Notes under the pieces: generated by a model | Told to the model about the DNA's origin: nothing | Database searches by the model: none | What the model saw: the letters and a program-made list of their open reading frames with translations, nothing else | Position numbers and translations under genes: made by a program | Assembly: GCA_026770705.1 (NCBI GenBank) | Contig: JANJGN010000189.1 | Location: 620,001-684,000 of the forward strand | DNA: 64,000 bases | Direction of reading: 5' to 3' | DNA from: Isurus oxyrinchus | Lineage: Eukaryota | In this document: positions 36,236 through 49,880 of the stretch, piece after piece | Layout of the letters: the number at the start of each line of letters is the position of its first letter | Numbering within the stretch: position 1 is the first letter of the stretch

Positions 36236-37945
36236 TTTTGCCCTCGGCAGGGGTGCACAGGGCTGGGGGCGGTGAGGAATCCGACTATTGCCTGCGATCA
36301 GCTCCGCGCTGCGATTTTACGCGGCCGGGCTAATTAAGGCCTGCTCGCATAAGATGTGGCTGCAGAATGAGTGCAAAGGGGCGGGCAGAGGTGGGTGCTT
36401 AGTGACTGCTTGGACCAATGGTGACCAAGCGGCCGATTGAAATCTGGCCACGGCAACCTTCAAAAGGCTTCCGGTGAAGGACGTTGAAATCATGGTGGAC
36501 AGCGTTCCGGGTGGAGGGGCATTCGGCCCTGCGTTTCCCTGATGAATGATGCTGCCCTCCTGGAGGGTGTGGATATTGACCCCACTGCTCCCCCTCCCCC
36601 ACTCCGCCATTCTGTCCTGGGAGACCTGCCAGGATCCTTGTTCCAGCTGCGATGGGCAGCCCTTCCACACTTTCCTGTGGGCCCCGCCCTTCATGTCCAA
36701 AAGCGCTAAGTTAGAGCAGGGATGGAGAAATGAACAGGGGGCATGGGATAAGTGTGGGGGTCTCACAGCCAGAACAGATTCTGCCTCGGGAGTGGGGGGG
36801 GGAGGTTTCACCAGCTATCTGTCTTAACAACATCGTAACCACAGTGTGAAGATTGTCCCCATTCCCTGTATCTTAATAATATTGTAAAGACAACTCGGAG
36901 AGGTCCTGCAATCGCTGAGAAAGTATCTGGTGTGCTTACAGCACCACCACTGGCAAGAGAGTGTAAGTACAGTGTGACATGTTTACATGGGAAATTTTCA
37001 TGATAAATGTGGACACATGAATTTACATAATTTGGTGGGGAAATGCAATGACATGAATTAACAGATTGGAGCAGGGGGGTTGTCCCAGAGTAAGCTGTTT
37101 AATAAAAATATATCTGTACAGTGTTGTCTGGGCATTTCAATCCCTTGTGACAATAAATGTAATATTATAGAAAATGCAAAAGCTTCTTTTAATCTATCAC
37201 AGAATAAACAAGTTGCAGAATTCAGAAAGCACATTCTGAAATGTTAACAAAGTTCAGTGACGTCACATTTCTGCTAATTACTACTCTGCCATGTTAGCTG
37301 CACGCAGTCAGGCAGTCCCTCGGTTGTGATGTGTCCACACAGCAGGACTGGGATGCATCAGCATCAACGGACATGCTTAGTTGTTGCCGTGCAATGCATT
37401 TATTGCGAGCCTGTTGCACACACGCCCTGTCGAAGGATTCTCCGTGTTTCCATTCTGAATCGAGGCAGATCAACGTTACTACAACAACTTGCATTTATAT
37501 AGCACACTTAAAGTAGCACACTGTCCCAAAACTCTTCAGGGGATTGTTAACCACATATAAATCCATCTCTGAGACAAATAATGAGATATAAGGGACAGGT
37601 GACAAAAAGCTGAGTTAACAAAACCAGTTAATAAGGACCATGTTAAAGGAGGAGAGAGATAGACAGAGATGCAGAGGGAGAGAGACAGAGAGAGACAGAC
37701 AGAGAAGGAGAGAGAGATAGAGAGACAGACTGGGAGAGAGAGAGACACTGAATCTCTGTCCCCAATGACTCAGCATCAAGTCGTCTCTGGGGAAACATTT
37801 CATTCCAAACCACACCAACCACAGACCCATTCAGTCCCTTCCTCCCTCTCTCCCCCTCTCCCCCAGTGGGTTGTCTCATGTTCCAAGGAATCACAATCCC
37901 TGCCCCCACCCACAAACCTCCTCACCCCCTCTCTCCGTATCACAC

Positions 37946-38194
37946 TCAGTTTCGCTTGAATCTGATCTGTGCGTATTCCGTCTCCTCTTCCTTGTGGACA
38001 GTCCCATCACCACTGCGCACCCTGAAGACTTGAGGATTGGCGTAGAGAAGGTCGTTGGGATTGTCAGGGTTCCCATGTCCAGCACCACCTCCCACTGGAC
38101 CTTCAGAGAGACCCCGGGGAGCTGGGGTCTCCCCCTCGCTAGTTGTGTCTCTGGTTGTGTTCCGGGGCTCAGTAATCAGCACGTTCTGTTTACC
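37946..38194 (-). CDS. Gene B Siglec-like: last exon, cytoplasmic tail with degenerate ITIM (LLYANP) and intact TEYAQI
   Basis: 249 nt, same acceptor and length as the gene A last exon. Confidence 0.85.
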   Translation of the reverse strand, partial: GKQNVLITEPRNTTRDTTSEGETPAPRGLSEGPVGGGAGHGNPDNPNDLLYANPQVFRVRSGDGTVHKEEETEYAQIRFKRN

Positions 38195-38551
38195 CTACAG
38201 AGAAATGGAAACAGAAGACATCCTCACATCATTTACTGGCACTGATAGGGTTAAATTATTGTGCAGCCTCATTAGTGTCAGTCGTGTCTCAGTTGGTTTT
38301 ACTCTCTCTCTCATATCATAAAAAAGAAACCACCTATGACAGGGCAGCACTCCCTCAGTACTGACCCCCGACAGCGCAGCACTCCCTCAGGACTGACCCT
38401 CTGTCAGTCTCGCACTCCCTCGGTAATGTCTCTGGCGAGTGCCGGCTTGGATTCTGCATTCAGGTACCTGACGTGAGGCTCATTAACAAGAACCTTGTAA
38501 TCAGAGAGAGGATGAGAGGGAAGAGAAAGAGAGAAAGGGATAGAGATAGGG

Positions 38552-39291
38552 TGTTATTAATCTATTAATGTATGTAATGTAATTGGAAATTGTCTTTTTA
38601 AACAGAGGTTTAGTCTGTGGGTGTGTGTGTGTGAGTGTTTTAATTGGATTAAAGCCAGCCAGTCCGGGTACTTTGATGTCAAGTAGTTTTGAGATGTAAA
38701 CAAAGAGGTAAAGGGGTAATTTCCATTTTTAAACAGAGCATTCAATGTCTGGGAGTGAAATCTTAAACGAATCAATGTTTATATTACTAATAAAATTGAT
38801 ACGATGAAGGGTGGAGTTCAAAGGTCCTGATGATTCAATGAGAATTTACATTCAAAGAGAAGCATTGGGTATAACTTGAGCAGTTTTGTGTGTGCAGAGC
38901 AGAGGCTTGTAACATCAAAGCAGCTGTAAGCCTACATCTGTCTGCAAAGGAACCAAAGTGAAAGGAACCTCATTTGGAATTTGTGAGGTGAAAATGCTTT
39001 GCCTGGTGTCTGCTTAAAGTCTATGGGTTGTCTTAGAGGAGATTAGTTTGGGAATTTGTTAAAAAGTTATGATAATACTCGCTTGTAGCCATGTGCATAT
39101 GTTTAACTTGTGTAAATTAATAAATGTCTCATGTAGTTTGATATAACACCCATGTCGAGAACTGGTGCTCTTATTCCTGAATTTAGAGCTGCATCTCAAA
39201 CATTCCACTGGGAAATATAGGTTATGACAGTTGTTTAAAGTTTCCTCTGGGATTTTAAACAACAGCCTTTACCAGTTGCTGTGTCATAACA
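38552..39291 (+). mobile_element. Solo LTR in a gene B intron
   Basis: tgttat...ataaca inverted termini; related to 34664-35492; absent from the paralogous gene A intron. Confidence 0.7.
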
Positions 39292-39426
39292 GAGAGACAG
39301 CATGATACTGAACCATTGCTGACTCCACAGGTACAAATCAGTGGGTAACTGGGCTGGGAATCTGGGACATGTGTTGTCTACACACTGAGATTGAAGCTTT
39401 GGAGTGAGTGTAAACAGCTCCTGTAC

Positions 39427-39508
39427 CTGGTGGTTCACAGAGAGTGAACTGAGGGTCAATGCAATGTCTCTGGTCCCTGAAACTCTCTCCTCCATTGCTG
39501 TCCTTCTC
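39427..39508 (-). CDS. Gene B: first cytoplasmic exon
   Basis: 82 nt, phase 2 to 0; (K)RRTAMEERVSGTRDIALTLSSLSVNHQ. Confidence 0.75.
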
Positions 39509-39639
39509 CTGCAATAACACAATATCACACTGTGGTTATCATATAGCAGAGAGTCAGTGCAGCACAGACACAGAGCCCACTGTAACTTACACCAATGACT
39601 GGGACTGTCTCTTTAAATCACTTCTGCACAAAGCACAGA

Positions 39640-40110
39640 ATCTAGAATCTCGACACCATCAACAACAAAGCAGCCCGATTGATCGACACCCCATCCACCA
39701 CATTAAACATTCACTCCCTCCACCATGAACACACAGTGGCAGCAGTGTGTGTACCATCTACAAGATGCACTGCAGCAACTCAGCAAGACTCCTTCAACAG
39801 CACCTTCCAAACCCACGACCTCTACCATCTAGAAGGACAAGGGCAGCAGACACATGGGAACACCACCACCTGGAAGTTCCCCTCCAAGTCACTCACCATC
39901 CTGACTTGGAAATATATCACCGTTCCTTCACTGTCGCAGGGTCAAAATCCTGGAACTCCCTCTCTAACAGCACTGTGGGTGTACCTACACCACATGGACT
40001 GTAGCGGGTCAAGAAGGCAGCTCACCACCACCTTCTCAAGGGGCAATTAGAGATGGGCAAGTTAATAACGGCCTCACCAGTGACAGTCACATTTGATTAA
40101 AGAATTTAAA
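39640..40110 (+). mobile_element. LINE 3' fragment (same family as 13835-14400)
   Basis: AVCTIYKMHC...RTRAADTWEH sequence shared with the other copy. Confidence 0.75.
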
Positions 40111-40231
40111 ATCTCACAGCTCAGGAGGAAGCCACTCAGCCCATCGTGCCTGTGCTGGCCCTTTGTAAAAACTGTCCAATTAGTCCTCAACAAATGTTTA
40201 TATTAAAATCAAGTTAAATCTTCAGACTTAC

Positions 40232-40328
40232 TTTCTCACACAGATGAAGATGAAGATTCCAGCCAGGAAAACACTCAACATGATCCCAGCCGTGAACAAT
40301 CCTACTGTCCATTTACTGGAGTCTCTAC
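40232..40328 (-). CDS. Gene B: transmembrane exon
   Basis: 97 nt, identical in sequence to the gene A TM exon. Confidence 0.9.
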
Positions 40329-40829
40329 CTGTAAAAACAGCCATTAATTACTGCACTACAGGTTTACAATGATGCTCCGATGTATCTCGAGAAGCGATAC
40401 ACTCACTCAGTGTTTAAATACTCATTCTCGGGCAATGCTGACATTTATTGTCCATCCCTAGTTTCCCCTTGAGAAGCTGGTGGGGAGTCTTCCTCCTGAA
40501 CCACTGGCTTGTCCCAAACTGGGAGACCAGTTCAGAGGGCAGGTAAGAGTTAACCATGATGGTGTCTGAGACTGGAGTCACATATACACCCAGACCTGTT
40601 AAAATGGACAGGTTTCCCTCCCTTAAGGGTCATTAGTGACCCACATTATATATGTAATTTCTATATATATATGTATCAAATAACCTCACTAAAATAATCA
40701 ATTATCACCTCAATTTCACGCTGTTGTTTGTGGGATCTTGCTGTGTACAAATCAACTGTTGCGTTTCCTACATGACAACAGTGAGCTCACTTCGAAACTG
40801 CTTCATTGGTTATCGAGTCTTGCATTTCG

Positions 40830-41082
40830 ATGTAATCAATTTAACATTTATATATATTTATCAATGTGATCCCTATAACATTAATGTATAATATTTAGCA
40901 ATGTAATATATGTAACATTTATATATAATTTTTCTCGATGTAATCTATGTAATATTTATATATAATATTTATCAATGTAATCTATGTAATATTTATATAT
41001 AATATTTCTCGATGTAATCTATGTAATATTTATATATAATGTTTCTCGATGTAATCTATGTAATGTTTATATATAATATTTC
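40830..41082. repeat. AT-rich ~36-bp tandem repeat
   Basis: Repeated gatgtaatctatgtaatatttatatataatattt. Confidence 0.8.
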
Positions 41083-41430
41083 GTCGTTTGGGAGGAGAAC
41101 CTGAGTATTGCTGAGAAAGGACATTTTGTCAAAGCTTTCTGTCTTGCACCCAATGAAGCAGCTTATCTGGGGGAGAGGGTTCCAGATTTCCACTCCCCTT
41201 TGTGTGAAGAAGTGCTTCCTGACATCACCCCCTGAACGGCCTGGCTCCAATTTGACCAAGTGTTGCCATTGTCACATGAGGTCAGGTGATTCAAAGCTTG
41301 GTCAAAGGGGGAAGTTGTACACAGCATCTTAGAGGAGGTAGAGAGAGAGGTGGAGAGGTTGAGGGAGGGAATTCTCGAGTTTAGGGATCAATCCAGCTGA
41401 GTGGAGATCGATCCTGAGCGAGTCTCTCAC

Positions 41431-41724
41431 CTTTGACCCACAGATACACCTTGAACATGGCTTCCCCATGTGGGTTTTGAACCGAGCAGGATGCAATCAC
41501 TCCCCCCTCATCCTGAGGTCTCATCAGGGTGAGGGAACCAGTCACCAGATGCCCATCTCTGACCTGCCACGACACAAAATCTCCGTGTGTTTGGTTACCA
41601 CTGATGTTGGCACTGGGCAGGTGCCAGGTGAGGTCTCCCGGTGGGTTGGAGGTGGTCACACAGACGCAGGTGACCCCCTCTGATCTCCGAGTGCACTCCG
41701 ACTGCTGGGAAATCTCCGGCTTAT
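41431..41724 (-). CDS. Gene B: membrane-proximal Ig exon, MAG domain-5 type
   Basis: 294 nt, phase 1-1; YKPEISQQSECTRRSEGVTCVCVTTSNPP...LPSANIS...SCSVQNPHG. The S-x-C and CxC..SNP pattern matches the last Ig domain of MAG and some CD33-related Siglecs. Confidence 0.88.
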
Positions 41725-42699
41725 CTGAGGAGGTAAGGACAACAATGAGACAACGTCATAGCAAAGTTAGAGCGTAAGATAGAATCTTCACACTGAAACA
41801 CTCATTCCTGCCTTTGTTACCTCTGCACTCAACTATCCCAACACTCTCCTGCCCGACCTCCCATCTTCCACTCTCCATAAACATCAGCTCATCCTAAACT
41901 CTGCTGTCCCCATGTCCTAACTCACACCGAGTCCTGTTCACACATTACTCCCTGTTGGTCACTGAGCTACACTGGCTCCCGGTCCGACAATGCCACAATT
42001 TTAAAATTCACATCGTTTCAAATCCCTCCTTACCCCCTCCCTATCTCTGTTACCTCCTCCAGCCCCTATAACCCTTCCTATCTCTGTTACCTCCTTCAGC
42101 ACCTATAACCCTCCCTATCTCTGTAACCTCCTCCAACCCCCACAACCGTCCCTATCCCTGTAACCTCCTACAGCCCCTATAAAACTCGCTAACTCCGCAA
42201 CCACCTTCCATCCCTACACCCCTCCCTATCTATGTAACCTCCTCCAGCCCCCACAACCCTCTCTATCTCTGTAACCTCCTCCAGCCCCCACAACCCTCCC
42301 TAACTCTGTTACCTCCTCCAGCCCCCACAACCCTCCCTATCTCTGTAAACTCCTCCAGCCTCTACAACCCTCCCTATCTCTGTAACCTCCTCCAGACCCT
42401 TCAACCCTCACTATCTCTGTAACCTCATCCAGCCCCTACAACACTCCCTATCTCTGTAACCTCCTCCAGCCCCTACAACCCTCCCTATCTCTGTAACCTC
42501 CTCCAGCCCCTACAACCTTCCTTATCTCTGTAAACTCCTCCAGCCTCTACAACCCTCCGAGATCTCGATGCACCTCCAATTCCAGCCTCTTGACCTTCCC
42601 CCGATTCCTATCGCTCCACCATTGGCAGCCGTGCCTTCAGCTGCCTGGATCCTAACCTCTGGAATTCCCTCCCTCATTTCTCACCTCCTTTGGACAAAA

Positions 42700-43760
42700 T
42701 CTGACCACCATCAAAAGCATCTTCCCTTCACCCCCACCCCGTTGGCATTCCACAGGGATCATTCCCTCCAGGACACCCTGGTCCACTCCTCCATCACCCC
42801 TAGCACCTCAACCCTCTCCGATGACATCTTCCCATGTATTTACAGAAGGTGCAACACCTGCCCCTTTACTTCCTCCCCCCTCACTGTCCAATGACCCAAA
42901 CACTCCTTCCAGGTGAAGCAGCGCTTCACGCAGACTTCCTTCAATTTAATCTACTGCATTCAATGCTCCCAATGTGGTCTCCTCTACATTGGAGACACCA
43001 AACACAGACTGGGTGATCGCTCTGATGAACACCTTCAGTCTGTCTGCAAGAACGACCCAGACCTCCCTGTCGCTTGCCATTTTAACACCCCACCCTGCTC
43101 TCATGCCCACATGTCCGTCCTTGACCTGCTGCATTGTTCCAGTGAAGCCCAACACAAACTGGAGGAACAACACCTCATCTTCCGACCTGGCACTTTACAG
43201 CCTTCCCGACTGAATATTGAATTCAACAATTTCAGATCATGAACTCTCTCCTCGATCTTCACTGCTTTTTGAACCCTTTTTTAATGTATTCATTTTAATT
43301 GTTTTTTTTGTTAACTGTTTTCCACTTATTTTTATTATTATTATTTGAAATTCATTTCCATTTTTATTGATTGTTTTATCCGCAGATTTTAGTCTATTTT
43401 CGATCTTTATTCCCTCCACCGTCCCCTCCCCCCTGCCACACCCCCACGAGGGCCATCTGTCTCTTTCCAGAGTGCTTACCCTGGTCCGCCCATTATCACA
43501 CTCTGCTTAATGTCACCATTAGCACCTCCTTTATCCAATACCACCACTGTTAACAACCCTTTGACCTTTTGTTTATGACATTTTTCACAATCTCTCCATT
43601 GCCTCCACCTATCGCTGGTTTTCTATCCAGCTCCACCTGTCCCATCGCCCCCCCTTAGACAGGATATATTTCACCACATGTCTACTTCCCTTTAGCTCTG
43701 AAGAGGAGTCTTACGGACTCCAAACGCTAACCCTGTGTTTCTCTCCACAGATGCTGCCAG
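42700..43760 (+). mobile_element. Penelope-like element fragment (degenerate GIY-YIG and 3' end)
   Basis: NLIYCIQCSQCGLLYIGDTK; in-frame stop at ~42892. Confidence 0.85.
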
Positions 43761-44065
43761 ATGCTCAGAATCAGCTGGATGGACAGAAAGACCAATGAGT
43801 GGCTTAGATCAAGAGGAGACGTTCAGCAATTAAAAGGGTTGTTCAGGACAGTTAGAGAGAGAAAGTTCGTCAAGTATGGAGATTGGAAACGAAGACCTGA
43901 CAGCCTTGTCCTGACAACCATTGAAGGAGAAACTGAGACCAAAAACAGAAAGGGAGAGGAAAAATTGGATGTGTGGATAACGTGGACTGAGCGAGGATTG
44001 AAGAAAACTGGATTAAAAACAACACGATCCCAATGGCTCCACGGAGACCACGGAGACAACAAACA
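43761..44065 (+). mobile_element. RTE-type LINE 3' fragment
   Basis: MLRISWMDRKTNEW C-terminal RTE-like motif. Confidence 0.6.
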
Positions 44066-44088
44066 AACAAATGTATCTCCACACTCAC

Positions 44089-44370
44089 ATTCCACAGTGA
44101 TGGTTATGAACCCCTCCACTGCTCCATGTTCATTCTCTGCCACACACTGATAGTCTCCAGTGTCCCTGGATGTAACGTGAGGAATCACCAACCACAGCTC
44201 ATTGTTGGAACTTGTTCTGTTCATTGGGACATTAAGATGTCGCCACGTCAGGTTAGAAGCTGGGAAGCTCTCGACAGAGCAGATTATCACTGCAGAATTC
44301 CCCGCAATTATATTGATCGATGAAGCGTTAATCATATCAAGAGAAGTAATTGAGAGATTCTGTGGTGCAT
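44089..44370 (-). CDS. Gene B: stalk Ig exon (paralogue of R1)
   Basis: 282 nt, phase 1-1, open; downstream intron matches that of gene A R1. Confidence 0.88.
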
Positions 44371-44785
44371 CTAAAAATATATAAAGATTTTAATGTGAGC
44401 AAACACAGTGCACAGCAAAACTTCCTGTATCATCTCGCTGTAACTGATGCCTGTGTGCATTTCTAGGCACCTTCTCTCAAGATAAGTTCCTATGTCACAT
44501 TTACAATGGGCACTGCCTATGTAAACTGTCACACTGCAGGAGCATTCTCCCACCAGAGACCCTGCCCATCCAGATTTAAAGAAACTGCCTTTCACATCCT
44601 CAGGATGTCCCCAAGGGCTTGACAGGCAATGAATTATATTTGATCGATGGAGCACTGAGGGGTAAATCTACAATTCTCTGTTAAGGAGGTTGCTCCATCC
44701 AATTCAGGGTCTTGTTGATCCGGAGTTTACCTTCCTTCAACACAGAATCGGAGCTGACACCGAGACTCCAGTGCAGCACTGAGTG

Positions 44786-45030
44786 NNNNNNNNNNNNNNN
44801 NNNNNNNNNNNNNNNNNNNNNNNNNNNNNNNNNNNNNNNNNNNNNNNNNNNNNNNNNNNNNNNNNNNNNNNNNNNNNNNNNNNNNNNNNNNNNNNNNNNN
44901 NNNNNNNNNNNNNNNNNNNNNNNNNNNNNNNNNNNNNNNNNNNNNNNNNNNNNNNNNNNNNNNNNNNNNNNNNNNNNNNNNNNNNNNNNNNNNNNNNNNN
45001 NNNNNNNNNNNNNNNNNNNNNNNNNNNNNN
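44786..45030. other. Assembly gap within the gene B stalk-repeat region
   Basis: Run of N flanked by repeat-unit intron sequence and (TG)n. Confidence 1.
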
Positions 45031-45226
45031 NATGTGCGTGCTTACGTGTGTGTGTGTGTGTGTGTGTGTGCGTGTGTGTGTGTGCGTGTGTGTGTTGTGT
45101 GTGTGCGCGTGTGCGTGTGAATGTGCGTGCTTACATGTGTGTGTGTGTCTGTTGGTGTGTGTCTGGTCTGTGTAACCTGTAAACCTAACCCTTCCACACT
45201 GATGGTCACGAACACCCCCCACTACC

Positions 45227-46370
45227 AACAAATTTATCTCAGTAAGGAACATGGCACTGCCAACCTCGTCAATACCATCTTCTAAACGGGGGATTGGGTA
45301 GGAATCTGGTTTTATTGCTGCATTAACCTTTCTGTAATCTATGCAGAATCTGGTTGGAAATGAAATACCTGCTCCTTTTTACCTCCCTCCCTACGATGGT
45401 ATCGTTTTAACATATTGATGTGTCACAGCCGATTCTTTATTCTACAATCTGGGGTGTCTATCAAATAATTTACTTGACCAACCCTCCTAATTACCTTGTG
45501 GAGACCACTGAACCGCGCTTTCAGAGGCTCCCCCTGCCAAGGCAATGATACTAACACGTCATCCCCCTGGTTGTGATGTTCGGGTCACAGCTTGCCTGTC
45601 TGCCCCATTCCTTCATTTCTGTTTGAGAAACTATAAGATGTTCTTGTGCCACTTTGGAGGCTCCCATGAGCCGTTCCTGAAACATGGACACATCATCTGA
45701 AATAGAGGATTCATCCCTCTGTCCGGAATATCTTTCTTTGATGTATTTCAAACAGCCTCTTATCTCGTGTCCATAAGTTATTCCAAAAAGACTAAAACCT
45801 GCCGATTCAGTTGGTGAATCTCATGTGGGAAATACAAGAAATCCAGTCCTTTGTCCCAGTCATGGGGAGATCATGACAATAGCTTCAATCATTGTTTTGA
45901 GGGTTTGTTGGTCCCTCTCTAAAGATCCCTGTGTCTATGGATGATATGCTGTGGACTTTAACTGTTTTATACCCAAATTACTCATTATGTTCGGAAAATT
46001 TTAAGACATAGAGATGGAACCTTGATCTGACTGGATCTCCAGCGGTAATCCATAATGGGTAAAAAATTGGGTTAACTTCCCTATTACTACTTTAGCTGTA
46101 ATTGTTCCTAAAGGGATGGTCTCTGGAAATCGAGTTGTCATATCCATCATAGTGAGGCCATACTGGAGTCCAGCTTTCATTTTCGATAATGGTCTAATAC
46201 AGTCCACTAATGCTCGTATCCAATGGTAACGGACAATTAACTCACTGGAGGAGGGGAATCCACAAATATCCCCATTCTCAATGAAGGGGGAGCCCAGCAC
46301 ATCAGGGCAAAAGATAAGGCTGAAGCATTTGCTACAACAATTATCCATTTCTGTCTGGCGTAAAAATAAA
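45227..46370 (-). mobile_element. Gypsy pol fragments (integrase and RT)
   Basis: TRFPETIPL...YGLPLEIQSDQGS (integrase core); RFCIDYRKVN...DSYPIPR (RT). Confidence 0.8.
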
Positions 46371-46379
46371 TCAGGAAAT

Positions 46380-48400
46380 GGTGCTCAACCAGGGCTTACA
46401 AAAGAAATTAGGGATAGTATTAGATCCAGAGAGGAGACATAAAATTGCCAGGGGAAGCAGCAATGCTGAGGATTGGGAGCAGTTTAGAATTCAGCAAAAG
46501 TGGACAAAAAGATTGATCAAGAAGGGGAAAATGGAACATGGGATTAAACTTGCAGGGAACGTAAAAACCGACTGTAAAAGCTTCTATAAATATGTGAAGA
46601 GAGAAAGATTAGCAGTGACCGATGTAGGTTCCTTGCAGTCAGAAATGGGGGAAATTCTAATGAGAAACAAAGAAATGGCAGAAGAACTGAACATATATTT
46701 TGGTTCTGTCTTCACAAAAGAGGACACAAATAATTTCCCAGGAATGTTAGGGAACCAAGTGTCTAGTGAGAGGGAGGAATTGAAGATAATCAGGATTAGT
46801 TTTAAAAAATGGAGCTGGAGAAATTAATGGGTTAAAGGTTGAACAGTCCCCAGGGCCTGAAAATCTACATCCCAGAGACTAACGGAAGTGACCCTGGAAA
46901 TATTGGAAGCACTGGTGGTCATCCTCCAAAATTCTATAGGCTCTGGAGCAGTTCCTATAGATTGGAGGGTGGCAATTGTAACCCCACTATTTAAAATAGA
47001 AGGGAGAGAAAAAAACTGGGAATTACAGATCAGTTAGTCTAACATGGGGAAAACGCTAGAGCCTATTATATAAGGTGTGCTAACGGAACGCTTGGAAAGC
47101 ATTAATGGGATTAGACAAAGTCAGCATGGGTTAATGAAAGGAAAATCATGCTTAACTAATCTACTGGAGATTTTGAGGATGTAACTTGTGGAATAGATAA
47201 GGGATAACCAGTGGATGTGGTGTTTTTAGATTTCAAGAAGGCTTTTGATAAGGTCCTACATGAGGCTAGTGCGCAACATTAAAGCCCATGGGATTGGGGG
47301 TAATTTACTGGCATGGATTGAGAATTGGTCGACAGACAGGAAACAGAGGGTCAGAATAAATTAGTCTTTATCTGAGTGGCAGGCGGTGACTAGTGGTGTA
47401 CCACAGCGATCCGTGCTTGGGACCTAACTATTCACGATATATTTAAATGACTTGGGTGAGGGAGCCAAGTGCAATATTTCCAGGTTTTCTGATGACACAA
47501 CGCTGGGTAAGGGTGTGAGCTGTGAGAAGGATGCAAAGAGGCTTCAAGGCGATTTAGACAAGTTGTGTGTGTGGGCAAACACATGGCAGATGATGTGGAT
47601 GAATGTGACATTGTAGGCTTTGGTGTGAAAAACAGAAAGGCAGAGTATTATTTAAATGGTGATATAATGGGAAATGTGGATGTATAAAGGGATCTGGGTG
47701 TCCTTGTGCACTAGCCAATGAAAGTAAACAGGCAGGTGCAGCAAGTAATTCGGAAGGCAAATGGTATGTTGGCCTTCATTGCAAGAGGATTTGTGTTCAG
47801 GAGTAGGGATGTCTTACTGCAGTTATACAAGGTCTTGGTGAGACTGCACATGGGGTACTACGTGCCGTTTTGGTCTCCCTCCCTAAAAAATGATAGACTT
47901 GCCGTCGAGAGAGTGCAGAGAAGGTTCTCTAGGCTGATACCAGGGGAGGCAGGACTGTCGTATGAGGAGAATTGGTACGACTGGGTCTGTATTCACTAGA
48001 GTTTAGAAGAATGAGAGGAGACCTGAATAAACGTAAGAAATTCTAACAGAGATAGACAGACTGGATGGAGGGAGGATGCATCCCTTGGTTGGGGAGTCTA
48101 AAACCAAGAGCCACAATCTCAGGATACAGGGCAGGCCATTTTGGACTGAGATAGGGAAACATTTCTTCACTCAGAGGGTGGTCAATCTGTGGAATTCTCC
48201 ATCACAGAGGCTGTGGAGGCCGGGTCACTGAGTGTATTCAAGAAAGAAACTGATAAATATTTTGATATTAGGGGCATCAAAGGGTACGGAGAGAAAGCGG
48301 GAATAAGGCTTTGAAATAGAGGGTCAGCCATGATCATATTGAATGGCGGAGAAGGCTTGAAGGGCTGAATGTCCTAATCCTGCTCCTAGTTTCTATGTAC
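46380..48400 (+). mobile_element. CR1 LINE ORF2 3' half (degenerate)
   Basis: KSFYKYVK, DFKKAFDKV and YYVPFWSP motifs; CR1 3' tail. Confidence 0.88.
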
Positions 48401-48770
48401 CTAGGTATCTATAGAACTATCTCTCTCCGTGTTCTATTCTCATGTGACCTTGAGTAACTGATGATAAATACTATCTATTTACATTGTTAATATTAAACTT
48501 TTATACTACATCTCCCCCAAAATCTTTGACATCAATGAAGACAATATTTATATTATCCTATATTGTCTTTTAAGTTCAACCTTGGCCCCCTCTGCCCTAT
48601 CAAGTAGGCATAAACAATCCCAAGTCTCAATACAGGAAGAGCTCTCCCTGGTCAATATCACTAATAAAAAAGGACCTGTTTTGTCTTCAACCCAGTGATG
48701 TTTGTGGGATCTTGCTCTGCACATTGTAACCTATTACAGCTAATATAGAATCAAGGGTTTCAGTACTTAC

Positions 48771-49067
48771 CTTGTACAGTTAGTACAAGGGTCCGCTCCG
48801 ATGAAACAGATGGATATCTCACTCTGCAGCTGAGAGTGTGTCCGTGGTGTTTGAGTGATGGGATCAGGGTCAGAACAGAAGTATAGGTCAGAGTGACACC
48901 ATGCTGAGTTACAGTGTTTGAAACGGATCCAGGTACGTCAGTGGGAGTGTCCCAGGTTAAGACAGGTGCTGCTGTTCCATTGCACGTTGTGTTGAAGGTG
49001 CAGCTTACATCCACACGCTTTCCTGCAATAATTTCAGCAGGGAATATCATGGGTTTATCTGTGAAAT
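48771..49067 (-). CDS. Gene B: Siglec domain C2 exon
   Basis: 297 nt; protein identical to the gene A C2 exon. Confidence 0.92.
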
Positions 49068-49880
49068 CTAACAGACAGAGAATGGATCCTTTTAGAGAAA
49101 TATAACGTGAAGCATCAGTTCAAATAGAAATCACAGTCCCACAAGAAAAAGCACTTTTACAAGGATGATATCAGAACTGAGAGATTACAACGATCAGGAG
49201 AGACTTTCCTATTTTCAGACTTAGTGGAGTTTCTGTCACTCAGATGAATTCACTTCCACTTTGAGACAATTGAATTGACAATCCCGGGTGAGGGTGGGGG
49301 ATCAGCTCACAGTTCCTGACACACTGGCTTGTTACTTTCTCTGAAATCTGCCAGATTTCAATTCTATCCAGTTCCCAGCAGGAGAGAATCCATTTGAACC
49401 AATCACTGAACCGGCATTTAAAGCAGATGATCAGGTTATTGATCACATTGCTGTTTCTGGGAGCTTCCTGTGCACAAATTGGCTGCTGTGTTTCCTATAT
49501 TACAACAAGGGCTACATTTCAAGAATTATTTCAATGGTTGTGAATCCATTTGCGATGTCCAGAGGTGGTGAAAGGCGCTATAGAAATGCAAATCTTTCTT
49601 TTGTTGATATGTAAGAATTTTAAACAGGATTAGGGAGATTGATGTAAGTGGATAACCTGATAACATTGATGGACACAGTCAATACATTTAATCACTGATA
49701 TTAAAGTGAGTATTAGAGGTTGTTTTAGGACTGAACTGGAAGCTATCACCAGGTTATTGAGAATCAGACAGCGTGTTATAATTAGCTGTGTTTTGTGTTA
49801 ATATGTAAACGTCACAGTTTGTGTTATTTCCCATTGAGTGTTGAATGTGAATTGTTGAGTAATTATAACACAGCACTTAC

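Noticed and set aside
36240-36830. GC-richer ORFs (36317-36811)
   Set aside because: No recognisable domain; more likely an interspersed repeat between the genes.
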